NCBI GenBank assembly: GCA_963809895.1
Contig: CAWELD010000003.1
Coordinates: forward strand, 2,432,001 to 2,496,000
Reading direction: 5' to 3'
Source of the DNA: an uncultured Gemmatimonadales bacterium
GTDB lineage: Bacteria > Gemmatimonadota > Gemmatimonadetes > Longimicrobiales > Gaopeijiaceae
DNA length: 64,000 bases
Shown: in pieces, positions 60,640-64,000 of the stretch
How the letters are laid out: each line of letters opens with the position of its first letter
Position numbering within the stretch: the stretch's first letter is position 1
Notes under the pieces: model-generated
Databases searched by the model: none
Told to the model about the DNA's origin: nothing
What the model saw: the letters and a program-made list of their open reading frames with translations, nothing else
Position numbers and translations under genes: made by a program

Positions 60640-61355
60640 GCCTGCTCATCATCTTCGTGCTCCTGGCCATGCTGGCCGGTACCGCCATCACCGTGGCCCG
60701 GGTGCGGGGCGTCTTCGTGTCGGCCATGCTCACCGGCATCTACAGCCTGCTCAGCGCCGGATGGATGCTGGTGCTGGACGCCCCCGACGTGGCCTTCACC
60801 GAAGCGGCGGTGGGCGCGGGGATCTCCACGGTCCTCATGCTGAGCGCCCTGGCCCTCACCACCAATCGGGAGCACCGCACCGAGCACGTCGCGGCGCTGC
60901 CGCTGGCGGTGGCGATCTTCACCGGTGCGGTCCTGGTCTACGGCACGCTGGATCTGCCCATCATCGGTGACCCCGACGCACCCATCCACCACCACGTCGC
61001 CCCGCGTTATCTCGAGGATTCTCCCGAAGAGATCGAGGTACCGAACGTGGTCACCGCCGTGCTCGCTTCGTATCGGGGCTACGACACCCTGGGCGAGACC
61101 ACGGTGATCTTCACCGCCGGGCTCGGCGTGATCATCATCCTGGGCGGCGCCCGGCGGGTGCTGTCGTGGCAGCAGGACCGCAGCGCGGAGGACGCCGAGG
61201 GGACGGTGGAGCCGAGCGACTTCACCCAGGTCCCCGTGCCCGAGCCCACGCCGCCTCCCGAGCCCACCCGGGGCTGGGACGTGCGCGGCGAGGCCGCGCC
61301 CGAGGAGCCGCCACCGCCCGACGTAGACGAGGAAGACGAGGAGGACGAGTCGTGA
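60636..61355 (+). CDS. Mrp DUF4040 / MnhB-related subunit
   Basis: APDVAFTEAAVGAG; PNVVTAVLASYRGYDTLGE; acidic Pro-rich tail. Confidence 0.9.
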   Translation: MSLLIIFVLLAMLAGTAITVARVRGVFVSAMLTGIYSLLSAGWMLVLDAPDVAFTEAAVGAGISTVLMLSALALTTNREHRTEHVAALPLAVAIFTGAVLVYGTLDLPIIGDPDAPIHHHVAPRYLEDSPEEIEVPNVVTAVLASYRGYDTLGETTVIFTAGLGVIIILGGARRVLSWQQDRSAEDAEGTVEPSDFTQVPVPEPTPPPEPTRGWDVRGEAAPEEPPPPDVDEEDEEDES

Positions 61356-61774
61356 ACCACCTCCTGGTCCCCAGGGTCATGACCAAGCTCATGATCCCCT
61401 ACATCCTGCTGTACGCCCTGTACGTGCAGTTCCACGGGGACTACTCGCCCGGCGGGGGATTCCAGGCGGGCGTCATCTTCGCCTCGGCCGTGGTCCTCTA
61501 CACGCTCATCTTCCGGGTGGCGGAAGCCGAGCGGGCCGTGCCGCCCCGGGTGGTCCGCGTGCTGGCCGCCATCGGCCTCCTCACGTACGCCGGCGTGGGC
61601 TACGCGGCCATGTTCATGGGCGGGAACTTCCTCGATTACAACCAGCTGAGCCACGATCCGGTGCACGGGCAGCACCTGGGGATCATGCTGGTCGAGCTCG
61701 GTGTGGGCCTGGGCGTCGCGTCTGTGATGATCGCGATCTTCTATTCCTTCGTGGATCTGCTCAGGGGCAAATGA
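61352..61774 (+). CDS. mrpB: Mrp/Mnh subunit B
   Basis: HGDYSPGGGFQAG. Confidence 0.92.
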   Translation: MNHLLVPRVMTKLMIPYILLYALYVQFHGDYSPGGGFQAGVIFASAVVLYTLIFRVAEAERAVPPRVVRVLAAIGLLTYAGVGYAAMFMGGNFLDYNQLSHDPVHGQHLGIMLVELGVGLGVASVMIAIFYSFVDLLRGK

Positions 61775-62163
61775 CCTTCTCCGAATTCGCCACGCGGCAC
61801 CCGGAGCTCCTGGAGATCCTGGGCCACTACAACTACTGGATCGTCATCGTCCTGATGATGACCGGCTTCTACATCGTGGTGGCCCGCGACAACCTGGTGA
61901 AGAAGATCATCGGCCTGAACATCTTCCAGACCTCGGTCTTCCTGCTCTACATCTCCTTCGGCAAGGTGGCCGGAGGCACGGCGCCCATCCTCAAGGAGGG
62001 CATCGAGGTCTACACCAACCCCCTCCCCAGCGTCCTGATTCTCACCGCCATCGTCGTGGGTGTGGCCACGACGGCGGTGGGCCTCAGCCTCACGGTGCGC
62101 ATCTACGAGGAATACGGAACGCTGGAAGCCGACGACATCGCCCGACAGGACGAAGAGCCGTGA
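61771..62163 (+). CDS. mrpC: Mrp/Mnh subunit C
   Basis: NLVKKIIGL; NPLPSVLILTAIVVG. Confidence 0.93.
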   Translation: MTFSEFATRHPELLEILGHYNYWIVIVLMMTGFYIVVARDNLVKKIIGLNIFQTSVFLLYISFGKVAGGTAPILKEGIEVYTNPLPSVLILTAIVVGVATTAVGLSLTVRIYEEYGTLEADDIARQDEEP

Positions 62164-63641
62164 TCGAGGCCAACCTCCCGGTCCTCCAGATCGTGGTTCC
62201 GCTGGTGGCGGCACCGCTGTGCCTCCTCCTGCCGCGGCGCCAGTTGGTGACCGGCTTCGCCATCGCCGTCACCTGGGTGGCGTTCTTCATCTCGCTGAAG
62301 CTGTTGTCCACGGTGCTGGCCACGGGCCCCATCTCGTACCACCTGGGCGGTTGGGCCCCGCCGTGGGGCATCGAATACCGGGTGGACACGCTCAACGCGT
62401 TCGTGCTGGTCCTGGTGTCGGGGATCGGCGCCCTGGTGCTGACCTATTCTCCGCCCAGCGTCTCGGTGGAGATCCGGTACCGCGCGTACAGCATGTTCCA
62501 CTCCATGTACCTGCTGTGCCTGACGGGGCTGCTGGGCATCACCATCACCGGCGATCTCTTCAACGTCTTCGTGTTCCTGGAGATCTCGGCGCTGTCCTCG
62601 TACGTGCTCATCAGCATGGGCACCGATCGGCGCGCGCTGCCTGGAGCGTACGCCTACCTGATCATGGGAACCATCGGGGCGACCTTCATCCTCATCGGCA
62701 TCGGCCTGCTCTACGCCATGACGGGCACGCTCAACATGGCCGACATGCACGCGCGTCTGGCCGACGTGGAGCAGACCCGGGCCGTGATCGCCGCCTTCGG
62801 CTTCCTGACCGTGGGCATCAGCCTCAAGATCGCCCTCTTTCCGCTACACCTGTGGCTGCCCAACGCCTACGCCTACGCACCCTCCGTGGTCACCGCCTTC
62901 ATCGCGGCGACCTCCACCAAGGTCTCGGTCTACGTCCTGATCCGGGTCTTCCTGACCGTCTTCGGCATCGACTTCTCCTTCCACCAGATGCCGTTGGCGT
63001 ACGTGCTCATGCCGCTGGCGCTGGTGGGGATCGTGAGTGCGTCGCTGGTGGCGGTCTTCCAGAACAACATCAAGCGCATGCTGGCCTATTCGTCGGTGGC
63101 CCAGATCGGCTACATGGTGCTGGGCGTGAGCCTGGCCTCGGTCACGGGCCTCACCGGCGGCATCGTCCACCTGTTCAACCACGGCCTCATGAAGGGCGCC
63201 CTCTTCATGTGCATGGGAGCCATCGCGCTGCGGGTGGGGTCGGTGCACATCGACGACCTGCGCGGCCTCGGGCGGAAGATGCCCGTGACCATGGCGGCCT
63301 TCGTGGTCAGTGGCCTGAGTCTCATCGGCGTGCCCATGACCGTGGGCTTCATCTCCAAGTGGTACCTGGTGGCGGCCGCCCTGGAGCAGGGGCTGTGGTG
63401 GGTGGCGGTCATCATCCTGATCAGCTCGCTCATCGCCCTGGTCTACGTGTGGCGCGTGGTGGAGGTGGCCTACTTCGAACCTCCCAGGGAAGGACGTGAA
63501 GGTGTCCGGGAAGCCCCGCTCGTGATGCTCGTCCCCATGGTGATCCTGGCCGGGGCCACCATCTACTTCGGCATCACCACGACCTTCACGGCCAGCGTGG
63601 CCAGTGCCGCCGCGCGCTCGCTGCTGGGACTCGCCCCGTGA
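62160..63641 (+). CDS. mrpD: Mrp/Mnh subunit D
   Basis: GDLFNVFVFLE, FPLHLWLPNAY, LAYSSVAQIG, NHGLMK. Confidence 0.94.
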   Translation: MIEANLPVLQIVVPLVAAPLCLLLPRRQLVTGFAIAVTWVAFFISLKLLSTVLATGPISYHLGGWAPPWGIEYRVDTLNAFVLVLVSGIGALVLTYSPPSVSVEIRYRAYSMFHSMYLLCLTGLLGITITGDLFNVFVFLEISALSSYVLISMGTDRRALPGAYAYLIMGTIGATFILIGIGLLYAMTGTLNMADMHARLADVEQTRAVIAAFGFLTVGISLKIALFPLHLWLPNAYAYAPSVVTAFIAATSTKVSVYVLIRVFLTVFGIDFSFHQMPLAYVLMPLALVGIVSASLVAVFQNNIKRMLAYSSVAQIGYMVLGVSLASVTGLTGGIVHLFNHGLMKGALFMCMGAIALRVGSVHIDDLRGLGRKMPVTMAAFVVSGLSLIGVPMTVGFISKWYLVAAALEQGLWWVAVIILISSLIALVYVWRVVEVAYFEPPREGREGVREAPLVMLVPMVILAGATIYFGITTTFTASVASAAARSLLGLAP

Positions 63642-64000
63642 GCCCGGAGACGGCCATCGTCCTGGCCCTCGTCCTGCCCCTGGCGGGCGGGCTGCTGGTG
63701 TCCCGGCTGGGACGCGCTCCCAACGTGCGGGAGGCGGCGAGCCTCCTCACCGGGGGACTCCTGTTCGGCGTGGTGGTGACGCTGATTCCGGTGGTCTCCG
63801 GGGGAGCACGGCCCCGGGTCGACGTGCTTCAGGTGATGCCTGGCTTGTCCCTGGCCTTCGAGGTGGAGCCCCTGGGGCTCCTCTTCGCCCTGGTGGCCTC
63901 GGGACTGTGGATCGTCACCACCGCGTACGCCATCGGCTACATGCGCGGGCATCACGAAATCAACCAGACCCGCTTCTACACCTTCTTCGCGGTGGCCATC
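63638..64000 (+). CDS. Second MrpD/NuoL-like subunit, 3'-truncated by the window edge
   Basis: GTGA overlap; PNVREAAS...EPLGLLFALVASGLW...YAIGYM...QTRFY. Confidence 0.85.
   Translation, partial: MSPETAIVLALVLPLAGGLLVSRLGRAPNVREAASLLTGGLLFGVVVTLIPVVSGGARPRVDVLQVMPGLSLAFEVEPLGLLFALVASGLWIVTTAYAIGYMRGHHEINQTRFYTFFAVAI

Overview
A very GC-rich (roughly 70%) bacterial chromosome segment. The gene set (three PadR + duplicated orphan ABC permease pairs, a PorX-like REC-PglZ protein, GS-III, Kdo kinase, MprF/AcvB) suggests Gemmatimonadota or a related lineage (inference). Most of the window is housekeeping: a hybrid histidine kinase, glutamine synthetase III, mscS, recF-DUF721(dciA)-gyrB, ssb, glpD, a ZIP transporter, rpsU, beta-oxidation enzymes, pilT, hydantoinase B, LPS core and lipid A genes, mprF-acvB and an Mrp/Mnh Na+/H+ antiporter operon. 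I saw no tRNA, rRNA, CRISPR array or integrase. The best candidate for an undescribed system is 22069-25940. Three unannotated proteins there share a novel ~85-aa helical domain (LRxxYxxYxxxQ...LPPFxxWxxD[YF]), and two of them carry a second novel domain in swapped order (architectures A, A-B, B-A). The same locus holds a small ribbon-helix-helix-like protein, a perfect CGTAAGT-N15-ACTTACG palindrome, and a candidate ~80-nt sRNA with its own sigma70-type promoter and terminator. Other notable items: a 309-bp element with 34-bp inverted repeats 3 nt upstream of an AraC-like gene, a catalytically degenerate ATPase/nuclease divergent from glnA across an AT-rich island, an MshEN-like pseudo-ATPase next to pilT, and a probable CTG start codon for lpxL.
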